Origin: a virus
Lineage: Duplodnaviria; Caudoviricetes
Strand: one strand, 5' to 3'
DNA length: 27,461 nucleotides
Virus record (IMG/VR): IMGVR_UViG_3300035666_000134
Coordinates: 1 to 27,461 of that record
Shown: in pieces, positions 1 to 7,961 of the stretch
How positions within the stretch are numbered: position 1 is the first letter of the stretch
Layout of the letters: each line of letters opens with the position of its first letter
The notes under the pieces: model-generated
The model's database searches: none
What the model was told of the DNA's origin: nothing
What the model saw: only the letters and a program-made list of their open reading frames with translations
Made by a program: the position numbers and the translations under genes

Positions 1-144
1 GCTGTAATTTTCCAATCGGCTGCTACGTTAGCCAACGGTAAACTTGTGTGCTTCTGCCAGCTTTCTTCGACTCAGTTTACGGTTTCTTCCCCCAACACGT
101 TGACGGTGCTTCCTGCTGCAACGGGTGTGTTTACCCTCACCTAA
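1..144 (+). CDS. 3' end of a virion structural protein (partial, runs off the window)
   Basis: Frame 1 is open from base 1 to TAA at 142-144 (AVIFQSAATLANGKLVCFCQLSSTQFTVSSPNTLTVLPAATGVFTLT*). It is beta-strand-like and lies directly upstream of the next structural gene. Confidence 0.7.
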   Translation, partial: AVIFQSAATLANGKLVCFCQLSSTQFTVSSPNTLTVLPAATGVFTLT

Positions 145-158
145 ACTAGGGGGTCGCG

Positions 159-1190
159 GTGGCGACTACTGAAACAGGCTGGGGCCGAGGTAGTTGGGGG
201 TCTTATGGCTGGGGTGTTGGGATTCTCATCACCCCGGATACCGGCTCGCTTGTTGTTGCTGGTGCTGCCCCGTCAGTAGTTCGTAGTAGTGTCATAACAC
301 CTGGGACTGGCACGCTATCTTTAGCGGGAGTTACGCCGTCTGTACGCACAGATTCGTTTATAACTCCTGCAACGGGGGCGGCGACTTTTGTTGGCGCTGC
401 GCCATCTTCATACACCTCCATACCAATAACAACTCAAACTGGATCAGCCAGTTTTGTTGGAGTTGCCCCCGAGTTATTAACAGACTATCGAATACAACCT
501 GCATCAAATGCGCTAGCGTTTACAGGTGCAGCACCTTCCTTAGCTACTACTGCTAGCCCTGCTGTTGGGGCGGCAACTTTTGCTGGTATTGCGCCGCTTG
601 TTGTTACTGGGGTTGTCATTCAACCTGCTACTGGGGCAATAACTGCAACGGGTGCAGCACCAGAAGTTCGTACAGATTTCTTCATTACCCCAGCGGTTAA
701 TGATCTGGTGTTTGTAGGAAATGTACCTGAGATTGAAAGAAGTTCAGTTCTTACCCCACAGACAGGGTCGCTCTCACTAGCGGGTGCTGCTCCGACGATA
801 CTTGATGGGCGTGTAGCTATCCCTGGTACTGCGGGCCTTATTGCCGCAGGTACTGCTCCAAGTCTAACTGCTACGGTTCAACCAAATACGGGTGCGGTAG
901 CGATTCAGGGGTATGCTCCGACATCAAGTACAGGACAGGTTGTAACGCCTACGGGAGGCGCGACTATTGTAGGGTCGGCTCCTAGTGTTGTTGTCAGCGG
1001 TATTGTTGTTAATCCGGCAGCAGGTGCCCTCAACATCACAGGCGCAGCGCCGAGTATTCTTAGAGGTTTAGTAGTACAACCGGCTTCTGGCGCATTGAGT
1101 TTAGTAGGTAGTGCGCCTACAATTAACAATCCAAACTGGACGCCGATTGACGATTCACAAACACCCAATTGGCTACCCGTGGCTGCGTAG
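159..1190 (+). CDS. Repeat-rich virion structural/fibre protein
   Basis: GTG start after a G-rich SD-like tract. N-terminal GWGxGxWGxxGWG motif, then many ~21-aa repeats (I/V-x-P-x-T-G-x-L-x-x-x-G-x-A-P), and a C-terminal W-x-P-I-D-D-x-Q-T-P-N-W tail. Confidence 0.75.
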   Translation: MATTETGWGRGSWGSYGWGVGILITPDTGSLVVAGAAPSVVRSSVITPGTGTLSLAGVTPSVRTDSFITPATGAATFVGAAPSSYTSIPITTQTGSASFVGVAPELLTDYRIQPASNALAFTGAAPSLATTASPAVGAATFAGIAPLVVTGVVIQPATGAITATGAAPEVRTDFFITPAVNDLVFVGNVPEIERSSVLTPQTGSLSLAGAAPTILDGRVAIPGTAGLIAAGTAPSLTATVQPNTGAVAIQGYAPTSSTGQVVTPTGGATIVGSAPSVVVSGIVVNPAAGALNITGAAPSILRGLVVQPASGALSLVGSAPTINNPNWTPIDDSQTPNWLPVAA

Positions 1191-1199
1191 GAGTAATAA

Positions 1200-2939
1200 A
1201 TGGCAAGCACATATTCCAATCTTAAATTTGAACTGATTGGGACCGGCGATCAGTCTGGTACGTGGGGAACAACCACCAACACCAACCTGGGCACTGCAAT
1301 TGAGCAAGCCCTTGTTGGCATGGCTACGATCAGTAGCGGGTTTGTTACTAACTCCCTGACGCTTACGCTGACTGATACCAACGCTGCACAGAACGCTCGT
1401 GCGCTGGTTTTAAATCTTACGCAAGCATTGTCAGGGGCAGGAACTCTTAACGTCCCAGCTATCCAGAAGCCTTACATGATTATCAACGCCACGGGTCAAA
1501 CCGTGACAGTCAAGGTGACGGGACTTACAGGCGTTGCTGTTCCAAATGGCACAAGGGCTTTCTTATATAACAACGGTACAGATGTTGGTGAGTTTTTTAA
1601 TTACCATTCTTCTTTAACGCTGGGCACGGCGCTACCGATTACTTCAGGTGGCACAGGCACAACGTCTACAACTTTTGTCAATTTAGCCACGAACGTCACG
1701 GGCACGTTGCCAATTGCTAACGGCGGCACAGGCACGACATCAACTACCTTTGTTAATTTAGCCACGAACGTCACTGGTACGTTACCTGTCGCTAACGGTG
1801 GTACGGGAGGCGCGACTCAAGCTGCGGCTCGCACAGGCATTGGTGCAAGTACCGTTGGTTCTAACTTCTTTACGCTGACCAATCCTTCTGCAATCACCTT
1901 TCCGCGAATGAACGCAGACAACACGGTGTCTGCACTTACTGCTGCGGACTTCCGCACAGCTATTGGGGCTGGTACAGGGGCAGGCACTGTTACAAGTGTT
2001 GCAACCACAGGTACGGTCAACGGTATTACGCTAACCGGCGGGACGATTACCACTTCAGGAACCATAACGCTAGGCGGTACGCTTTCGGGAGTAAGTCTTT
2101 CCACTCAAGTGACGGGAACGCTTCCAGTTGGTAATGGTGGTACGGGAATTACCACAGGAACTTCAGGTGGGATTCCTTATTTCTCAGCAACCAATACGAT
2201 TGCTTCGTCTGCCGCACTAGCTGCAAATGCAATTGTTTTAGGTGGTGGTGCAGGTGTCGCTCCTGCCACAACAACCACAGGTACGGGCGTAGTCACAGCC
2301 GTTGGTAACGCAGTTAATACCACAGGCGGTATAGTTACACAAAGTGGAACGCTTGCTTCTAGTGCGCTTTTATTGGGTGGTGGTGCGGCTACAGCCATTA
2401 CTTCAACCACTACAGGTACAGGTGTCGTCACAGCCGTTGGTAATGCAGTTAACACCACAGGTGGCTTAGTTACACAATCAGGTACTCTTGCTGCTAATAA
2501 CATTTTGCTTGGTGGGGGCGCAAGCACTGCTATTTCCTCGTCAAGTCTTTTATCCACTTCTGCTGCTGTAACTTCAGGCACCTATATCAAGTCAATTGGT
2601 TATGCCGATACGGTTGTAGCCCTGGGGAACACAGGCACAGCAATAAATCTGGATGTTGTCAGTGGTGGTGTATTCACGGCAACGCTGACAGGAAGTGCAA
2701 CAATTACACTGCGTTACCCCGTGTCTTCTGGGTCTTCTTCGTTTACACTCATTCTTACAAATGATGGAACCGCAGGTCGCACAGTAGCATGGGCTGGTGG
2801 TTCGTTTAAGTTCCCTGGTGGTGCAGCGTCTTTGTCGCGTACGACAACGGCAAACGCAGTGGATATTTGGGTCTTCTTCACGCCGGATGGCGGGACGACT
2901 TGGTATGGCAATATTGCCATGAAGAATATGACAGCCTAA
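1200..2939 (+). CDS. Tail fibre protein
   Basis: AGGAG SD at ~1189-1193. Thr/Gly/Ala-rich with repeated GTLP(V/I)xNGGTG fibre motifs, internal duplications and a C-terminal beta-rich domain (DIWVFFTPDGGTTWYG). Confidence 0.85.
   Translation: MASTYSNLKFELIGTGDQSGTWGTTTNTNLGTAIEQALVGMATISSGFVTNSLTLTLTDTNAAQNARALVLNLTQALSGAGTLNVPAIQKPYMIINATGQTVTVKVTGLTGVAVPNGTRAFLYNNGTDVGEFFNYHSSLTLGTALPITSGGTGTTSTTFVNLATNVTGTLPIANGGTGTTSTTFVNLATNVTGTLPVANGGTGGATQAAARTGIGASTVGSNFFTLTNPSAITFPRMNADNTVSALTAADFRTAIGAGTGAGTVTSVATTGTVNGITLTGGTITTSGTITLGGTLSGVSLSTQVTGTLPVGNGGTGITTGTSGGIPYFSATNTIASSAALAANAIVLGGGAGVAPATTTTGTGVVTAVGNAVNTTGGIVTQSGTLASSALLLGGGAATAITSTTTGTGVVTAVGNAVNTTGGLVTQSGTLAANNILLGGGASTAISSSSLLSTSAAVTSGTYIKSIGYADTVVALGNTGTAINLDVVSGGVFTATLTGSATITLRYPVSSGSSSFTLILTNDGTAGRTVAWAGGSFKFPGGAASLSRTTTANAVDIWVFFTPDGGTTWYGNIAMKNMTA
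1650..1800 (+). repeat. Tandem 75-bp (25-aa) duplication in the tail fibre
   Basis: GTGTTSTTFVNLATNVTGTLP(I/V)ANG occurs twice; the DNA copies differ mostly at synonymous sites. Confidence 0.85.
2270..2540 (+). repeat. Tandem ~135-bp (45-aa) duplication in the tail fibre
   Basis: TTTGTGVVTAVGNAVNTTGG(I/L)VTQSGTLA..LLGGGA.TAI.S occurs twice. Confidence 0.85.
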
Positions 2940-2952
2940 TAGGAGTAAGAAA

Positions 2953-3186
2953 ATGGCTTTAACCGCAGAACAGCAAGCACAAGTTGACGTTCAATTAGCC
3001 GTTGAAAACGCACGACATGCCAATCAGATGCAAGCCGAGGCAGTTCGCGTAAAGCTTGAGGCAGTTCGTCTGGCGAAAGAAACGCTAATTGAGAATGCTC
3101 GCAGCAAACCTGTAGACGCTCGTGATGTATCAGCGGCTGATATTCAAACTTTTGCTCAAACGCTTGTGTCTTACGTTAACGGATGA
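2953..3186 (+). CDS. Small helical hypothetical protein
   Basis: AGGAG SD at 2941-2945, coiled-coil-like composition, ATGA overlap with the next gene. Confidence 0.8.
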   Translation: MALTAEQQAQVDVQLAVENARHANQMQAEAVRVKLEAVRLAKETLIENARSKPVDARDVSAADIQTFAQTLVSYVNG

Positions 3187-3776
3187 TTCAGGGTTTTGCG
3201 TACTTCCCTGCCATCGTCTACCGCGATGAACATCCTGAGTGGGTTGATTATGCGTTAAGAGTGTCTCAAAAATACTTTGACGCGCAAACCAGTCAGGGTG
3301 CCATGTGTCAAACAGGTCATATGGGTAGCGATCCTGAGATGAAGTTTTTAACGGATTATTTGCTGTCAACCAGCCATGACATTCTGGCGGGGCAAGGCTA
3401 CGCAATGGATCGCTATGAGCTTTATGTTTCAGGTTTGTGGGGTCAGGAGGTAAAAGGACATGGTGGCACAAATGTGCATGTGCATAAACACAGCCAGCTT
3501 TGCGGATGGTTTTTCTTAGAAACCCCTGAAGGCGGGTCATATCCTGTGTTTTATGATACTCGTGCTAACAAGCAAATGATTGAGCTTGACTTTGCGCCAA
3601 GCAATGAAGTGACTAACGCAACTTCAACTATCCATTTCAACAACATCATCCCCGGCACGATATTGCTAGCCAATTCATGGATGCAGCATCAACTAACCCC
3701 CAACATGACAGATAAGCCAACCAAGAGCATTCATTTTATTGTTTCACATAGGGATAAGTCATGCAGTACTTGTTGA
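3183..3776 (+). CDS. Putative 2OG-Fe(II) oxygenase (TIGR02466/2OG-FeII_Oxy_5-like)
   Basis: H-V-H-x-x-S-x-L-C-G-W-F-F motif, distal SWMQH, and terminal KSIHF strand of the double-stranded beta-helix fold. Confidence 0.8.
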   Translation: MIQGFAYFPAIVYRDEHPEWVDYALRVSQKYFDAQTSQGAMCQTGHMGSDPEMKFLTDYLLSTSHDILAGQGYAMDRYELYVSGLWGQEVKGHGGTNVHVHKHSQLCGWFFLETPEGGSYPVFYDTRANKQMIELDFAPSNEVTNATSTIHFNNIIPGTILLANSWMQHQLTPNMTDKPTKSIHFIVSHRDKSCSTC

Positions 3777-4348
3777 CACCTTATGCCGAAACAGTTGAGC
3801 CTTTTGTTTGGTGGGAAGGCGCATTTAATGATAAAGAACTTGATTTACTTCAAGAACGAGCTATCAAAGCTGATCAAAGAGCGCAAGTTGGTGGCAATCC
3901 CGATGCAGAGCATTTGGCAAAAATTAGACGTTCTCATATTTCATGGATAGGCTGTAATGACGAAACGCGTTGGGTGTTTGATAAGTTAGCCCATGCTGTG
4001 TCATCACTCAATTCACAGTTTTATCGGTTTGATTTAACAGGGTTTGGTGAACCCTTGCAGCTTACAAACTATGATCAGTCTGAAAACGGTATGTATGGTT
4101 GGCATCAGGATTACGGTGGTAAACGCGGTGTAAGTAGGAAGCTTTCAGCAGTGCTTCAATTGACTGACCCCGCTCAGTATGAAGGCGGTAATCTCCAAGT
4201 AATGACAGGGGGTCAGCCAATGAATGTACGGAAACAGCGTGGACTTATCGCTGTTTTTCCTTCATACCAACTTCATCAAGTAACACCCGTGACGCAAGGC
4301 AGTCGTCAAAGTCTTGTGGCATGGCTTTCAGGACCAGCATTTCGATGA
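3761..4348 (+). CDS. 2OG-Fe(II) oxygenase (PKHD/prolyl-hydroxylase-like)
   Basis: WHQD (HxD), RKLS, YEGG, FPSYQLHQVTPVTQG and RQSLVAW (R-x-S co-substrate motif). Confidence 0.9.
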   Translation: MQYLLTPYAETVEPFVWWEGAFNDKELDLLQERAIKADQRAQVGGNPDAEHLAKIRRSHISWIGCNDETRWVFDKLAHAVSSLNSQFYRFDLTGFGEPLQLTNYDQSENGMYGWHQDYGGKRGVSRKLSAVLQLTDPAQYEGGNLQVMTGGQPMNVRKQRGLIAVFPSYQLHQVTPVTQGSRQSLVAWLSGPAFR

Positions 4349-4941
4349 ATATTGAGTACAACGGATTTATTGGTATTTATAACGATGTGTATCCTGAAGG
4401 ATATTGCCAACACTTAATTAGTGAGTTTGATCGTTTAGAAAAAGATAGTGTAGGGTCCAATCGTTGGCAATCCGAAAAAGCTTTAGAATCTAGAAAAAAT
4501 GATTACCAGATTGGCTTAGATTTACGGGGCCATAGCACTAATGACTTTCAAGATAAACGTATTGTGTCTATGTTTTTTGATGGTTTACAAGTTTGTTATG
4601 ACGAGTACACACGTAAATTTTCAAGCCTCAAAGATGGAAAAATTCGTGCTAATGTGATGAAAATGCAGCGCACTCCTCCTGGTGGTGGCTACCATGTTTG
4701 GCATGGGGAACAAGGCAACGGAGATCATACAGGGCGGGTGCTTGTTTATATGCTGTACCTCAACACGTTAACGCAAGAAGAGGGTGGCGAAACAGAATTT
4801 TTGTACCAAAGGCAGAGATTTAACCCAACTAAAAATCAAATGATTTTATGGCCTGCTTCATTTACTCACACTCATAGGGGCAATACTGTGCTTGGGGATT
4901 GTTCAAAATATGTCGTAACAGGGTGGTTTTATTATGACTGA
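4345..4941 (+). CDS. 2OG-Fe(II) oxygenase (phage prolyl-4-hydroxylase-like)
   Basis: GGYHVWHGE (HxE), YLN..EEGGETEF, WPA.FTHTHRGN and KYVVTGW. The start was moved from 4321 to the in-frame ATG at 4345, which overlaps the upstream TGA (ATGA). Confidence 0.9.
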   Translation: MNIEYNGFIGIYNDVYPEGYCQHLISEFDRLEKDSVGSNRWQSEKALESRKNDYQIGLDLRGHSTNDFQDKRIVSMFFDGLQVCYDEYTRKFSSLKDGKIRANVMKMQRTPPGGGYHVWHGEQGNGDHTGRVLVYMLYLNTLTQEEGGETEFLYQRQRFNPTKNQMILWPASFTHTHRGNTVLGDCSKYVVTGWFYYD

Positions 4942-5527
4942 AGCGATTACAAACCCAGAACAGTTTGAACGGTTTGGTTGTGTGCTGGTCCAAGAATTTT
5001 TAGACCCAGTAACAACACAAACAATTTCAATGTATTTAGAAAACAAACTTCGTAGACAAGAATGGCAGGCAAGTTCAGAAAATCCTACGACCGAACTCGC
5101 ATATTACGCCGATCCGCTAATTGAAACGGTGTTGTTAAATAGTCTTCCTTTGGTGTCTGAGGTGTGCGGTAAGGAGCTTTACCCAACCTATTCTTATATG
5201 CGTGTTTATCAGCCTGGGGAAGAGCTTGAGCCGCATGTTGATCGTCCATCTTGCGAGATTAGCGTTACAGTCAATGTTGCTTCAAAAGGTCGCCCATCCC
5301 CAATATGGATGCACTATAAAGATAATGAACCCCATTCATTTACACTCAATCCAGGTGATGCGGTTATATATAAAGGCTGTGAAGCAAAGCATTGGCGTGA
5401 TACTTTTAAGCGCGATCAAATGAATGTTCAATTTATGTTGCACTATGTTGACACTGCTGGACCACATGCGGATAAACGCTTTGACGCTAGGTCTGGTCTA
5501 GGTTTTCCCTCTACACGGAGGTCATAA
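4934..5527 (+). CDS. 2OG-Fe(II) oxygenase-like protein
   Basis: PTYSYMRVY, HVDRPSCEISVT (HxD), PGDAVIYKG..HWR and QFMLHYV. Confidence 0.85.
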   Translation: MTEAITNPEQFERFGCVLVQEFLDPVTTQTISMYLENKLRRQEWQASSENPTTELAYYADPLIETVLLNSLPLVSEVCGKELYPTYSYMRVYQPGEELEPHVDRPSCEISVTVNVASKGRPSPIWMHYKDNEPHSFTLNPGDAVIYKGCEAKHWRDTFKRDQMNVQFMLHYVDTAGPHADKRFDARSGLGFPSTRRS

Positions 5528-6498
5528 TGCCTGCTGGTACACCTAAAGTCACGATGTTTGGGGGTAAGTCTATTGTCCCCGGCGGGAGCCAAACATTTAA
5601 TAGTCCAGGAACTTTCACAGTACCTGTAGGGGTTACAAAAGTTTCTGCTACTGGAAAAGGCGCAACTGGAAACGCAGGTGCGTCGGGGAACCCTGGTAAC
5701 GCTGGCGGCGGGGGCGGGGGCGGGGGCGGGGGGTTTTGGACTCCTGGGTGCGGAAGAAATTCGGGTGGAAATGGTGGAAACGCAAACCCCGGAGGTTCAG
5801 GCGGGACTGGTAACGGGTATGCTTGTAGTCCCTCCCCATCAGGTTCTTCGGGTTCTGCCGGTACTAGTGGTAATACCGGAGCTGCTGGTAATACCGGAGC
5901 TGCTTCTACTGTTTTTTCTCAAAGTTTTCCAGGTGGAGCTGGAGGTAATGGGGGTAATGGAGGTACTGGAGGTGCTTCCACTGGTAATGGGGGTAATGGA
6001 GGGCGAGGACAACCGTTTAACGGTAATACTTCTGGTGGTAGTGGAGGTACAGGTAATTATTCAGGGGGCCAAGGGGGTCTTGGAGTTTATTTTAGATCTG
6101 GTGGTGGAGGTGGGGGTGCTGGGATATATGGAGCCGGTGTTGCGCCACCCCCTAGTCCTGTTTGTGTTGTAGGATGCCCCGGTCCGGGTGGTCCTGGGTT
6201 CGGTGGTCCTGGGGGAAGAGGTTCAAATAGTGGTGTTGGGGGTAATCCTGGCAGTCCTGGTTATTGTGGTGGTGGAGGTGGTGGTGGAGGTGGTTTTGGA
6301 CCATCCGCTGGGTGTTACTATAATGTGGCTAGTGGTGGTGGAGGGGGTGGTGCTGGTAGCCAAGGAAATGGTGGAAATCCTGGAAACCCTGGAGCTGCTG
6401 CAAATCCAACAACTTACAATTGTATATCTGTTTCTCCTGGGGCTAATTACCCAGTTACGGCAAACGGACCTATAACAATTTCATGGAACCCACAATGA
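5527..6498 (+). CDS. Glycine-rich tail adhesin/fibre-tip-like protein
   Basis: TAATG coupling. Poly-Gly tracts and GNxG repeats are framed by beta-strand ends (QTFNSPGTFTVPVGVTKV ... VSPGANYPVT..GPITISW). Seven Cys and Pro-rich loops. Confidence 0.75.
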   Translation: MPAGTPKVTMFGGKSIVPGGSQTFNSPGTFTVPVGVTKVSATGKGATGNAGASGNPGNAGGGGGGGGGGFWTPGCGRNSGGNGGNANPGGSGGTGNGYACSPSPSGSSGSAGTSGNTGAAGNTGAASTVFSQSFPGGAGGNGGNGGTGGASTGNGGNGGRGQPFNGNTSGGSGGTGNYSGGQGGLGVYFRSGGGGGGAGIYGAGVAPPPSPVCVVGCPGPGGPGFGGPGGRGSNSGVGGNPGSPGYCGGGGGGGGGFGPSAGCYYNVASGGGGGGAGSQGNGGNPGNPGAAANPTTYNCISVSPGANYPVTANGPITISWNPQ

Positions 6499-6989
6499 AT
6501 CCCAAAATGAAACAAATTGAAGCCCAAATGCAGCTTGAAGCAAGATTGGGGGATTTAAATCGTGCCCGTTCAGTTACAGTTGGAACGGCTTTTGGGGGTA
6601 TTACTGAAATCTCCATGAGAGCTAACAATAGGTATTTGTGGTGCATTTTACAACCAGTAGAAGTTATTGAATTTATCCATCAACTAGCAGCAAGTGTTGG
6701 ATGCCATATACACATTCAACCAAGAAAAGATTTTTCGAGTTGGCGGGATTGGAAATACACGGAAGAAGAACTTGCACATTATCGAGGCGAGCAACCCGGA
6801 GAGTGGAGGCGTGCTGAAGGATTTGCGCCTTTTCCTAAAGGTTGGCATGAGAACCAGCAAACGGCAGCAGCATTACCCGTCCCGGAGAGACAACCTGGGT
6901 TAAATATTGAAAGGAAACAAAATGAGCCTGTGGCAACTAAAAAAACTGTCAACCGGCGAAGCACTAAACGAGCCGCAACCACTACCTGA
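6495..6989 (+). CDS. Hypothetical protein
   Basis: In-frame ATG at 6495 overlaps the upstream TGA (ATGA). Globular-looking N-terminal half and a basic low-complexity tail. Confidence 0.7.
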   Translation: MNPKMKQIEAQMQLEARLGDLNRARSVTVGTAFGGITEISMRANNRYLWCILQPVEVIEFIHQLAASVGCHIHIQPRKDFSSWRDWKYTEEELAHYRGEQPGEWRRAEGFAPFPKGWHENQQTAAALPVPERQPGLNIERKQNEPVATKKTVNRRSTKRAATTT

Positions 6990-7308
6990 AAATTGGGGGC
7001 CGATCTTCGGTCTTCATGGCTTTGCGGATCGGTTAGGTGATTTGTCTTGGTTGGGTGAAGCCTATAACGACCAAGGTTGGATTCAGGTTGGCGAAGCACC
7101 ACCCCCTCCAGCCGTAGCAACCAAAGCGCAGCTTGAATGGGATCGCGCTAAAAAAATGCTGCAAGAGTCGGATTGGTCAATGCTGCCTGATGTGCCGATG
7201 ACTGCTGGTGATAAAGCTGCGTGGATTGAGTATCGTCGTGGGTTGCGTGAAATTAGGCTTCAAGCAGGTTTTCCTGACGATATTATTTGGCCTATAAGAC
7301 CATTATAA
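6922..7308 (+). CDS. Tail (fibre) assembly chaperone
   Basis: AAGGA SD then ATG at 6922. The C-terminal L-x-E-S-D-W-x-x-L-P-D-x-P...W-x-x-Y-R-x-x-L-R-x-I-x-x-Q-x-G-F-P...W-P signature matches phage tail assembly chaperone proteins. Confidence 0.85.
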   Translation: MSLWQLKKLSTGEALNEPQPLPENWGPIFGLHGFADRLGDLSWLGEAYNDQGWIQVGEAPPPPAVATKAQLEWDRAKKMLQESDWSMLPDVPMTAGDKAAWIEYRRGLREIRLQAGFPDDIIWPIRPL

Positions 7309-7315
7309 AACCATT

Positions 7316-7753
7316 ATGAAACAACCTTTAATTACGCTTGCAGCAATTAGTAATGTTTTTTGTCGTTTAATGTATTTTCAAGATGAGGGTGATGTAGAAC
7401 ATGGGCATTGCCATACATATGACCATTTAACTTTATTAAGTAAAGGGCGCGTTCTGTATGAAACTTTAAATAACTTAGGAGAGGTAACACACCAAAAAGA
7501 GTTTGTTGCACCTGGGTTTATTTTGGTGAAAAAAGACTTACAGCATCGTATAACAGCTTTAGAGTCTGACACGGTATGTACGTGCATTCATGCTTTACGA
7601 ACAATAGACGAAGAAATTATAGCCCCTGATTTTTTAATTGAACCTTTATTTTCTTCAAACAGAGGGGAAGTAAAAAATCTAATTAGAGAGAAATTTGGAA
7701 AGGATTGGAAACCTTTAGTTTACTCAAGTGAAGTATTACAAAATTCGGTTTAA
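7316..7753 (+). CDS. Cupin-fold metal-binding protein
   Basis: GHCHTYDHLTLLSKG and HRITALE...CIH cupin-type His motifs. Visibly AT-rich DNA. Confidence 0.75.
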   Translation: MKQPLITLAAISNVFCRLMYFQDEGDVEHGHCHTYDHLTLLSKGRVLYETLNNLGEVTHQKEFVAPGFILVKKDLQHRITALESDTVCTCIHALRTIDEEIIAPDFLIEPLFSSNRGEVKNLIREKFGKDWKPLVYSSEVLQNSV

Positions 7754-7961
7754 CAAAAGCCGAGGTCAGCCAGGGCGAGGGAGCATAGAGCATGTCTGGC
7801 GGGTCTTTGAGAATGGGCACGAACACCTTGCACGACATTTGCAGATCAGAGTGCCGACTTGGAGCGAGTTGGATACCAACGGTCAGGATTACAACATTGC
7901 TTGTCGAGGTAAGATGCTTTGGTTTGCCGACACCGACACCGCAGTAATTGTGGAGGAATAA
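7728..7961 (+). CDS. Small hypothetical protein
   Basis: GTG start overlapping the cupin end. It fills the gap exactly up to the next start at 7962. Confidence 0.7.
   Translation: MKYYKIRFNKSRGQPGRGSIEHVWRVFENGHEHLARHLQIRVPTWSELDTNGQDYNIACRGKMLWFADTDTAVIVEE

Noticed and set aside
1650-2540. Diversity-generating retroelement template/variable repeats
   Set aside because: The copies are tandem, differ at synonymous positions without adenine specificity, and no reverse transcriptase is in the window.
4321-4344. Track start of the third oxygenase (also the starts at 6483 and 6907)
   Set aside because: Downstream in-frame ATGs (4345, 6495, 6922) give ATGA coupling or a proper SD and are more plausible.
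3183-5527. Oxygenases as halogenases or as a DNA hypermodification (TET/JBP-like) cluster
   Set aside because: None has the HxA/HxG halogenase ligand change, and no glycosyltransferase, methylase or nucleotide-kinase partners are nearby. This is not strictly excluded.
5678-6475. Hydrophobic +1-frame ORFs (5678-6172, 6188-6475) that look like membrane proteins
   Set aside because: The Val/Leu/Glu runs are the automatic +1 reading of GGT/GGA glycine codons, with no convincing SD.
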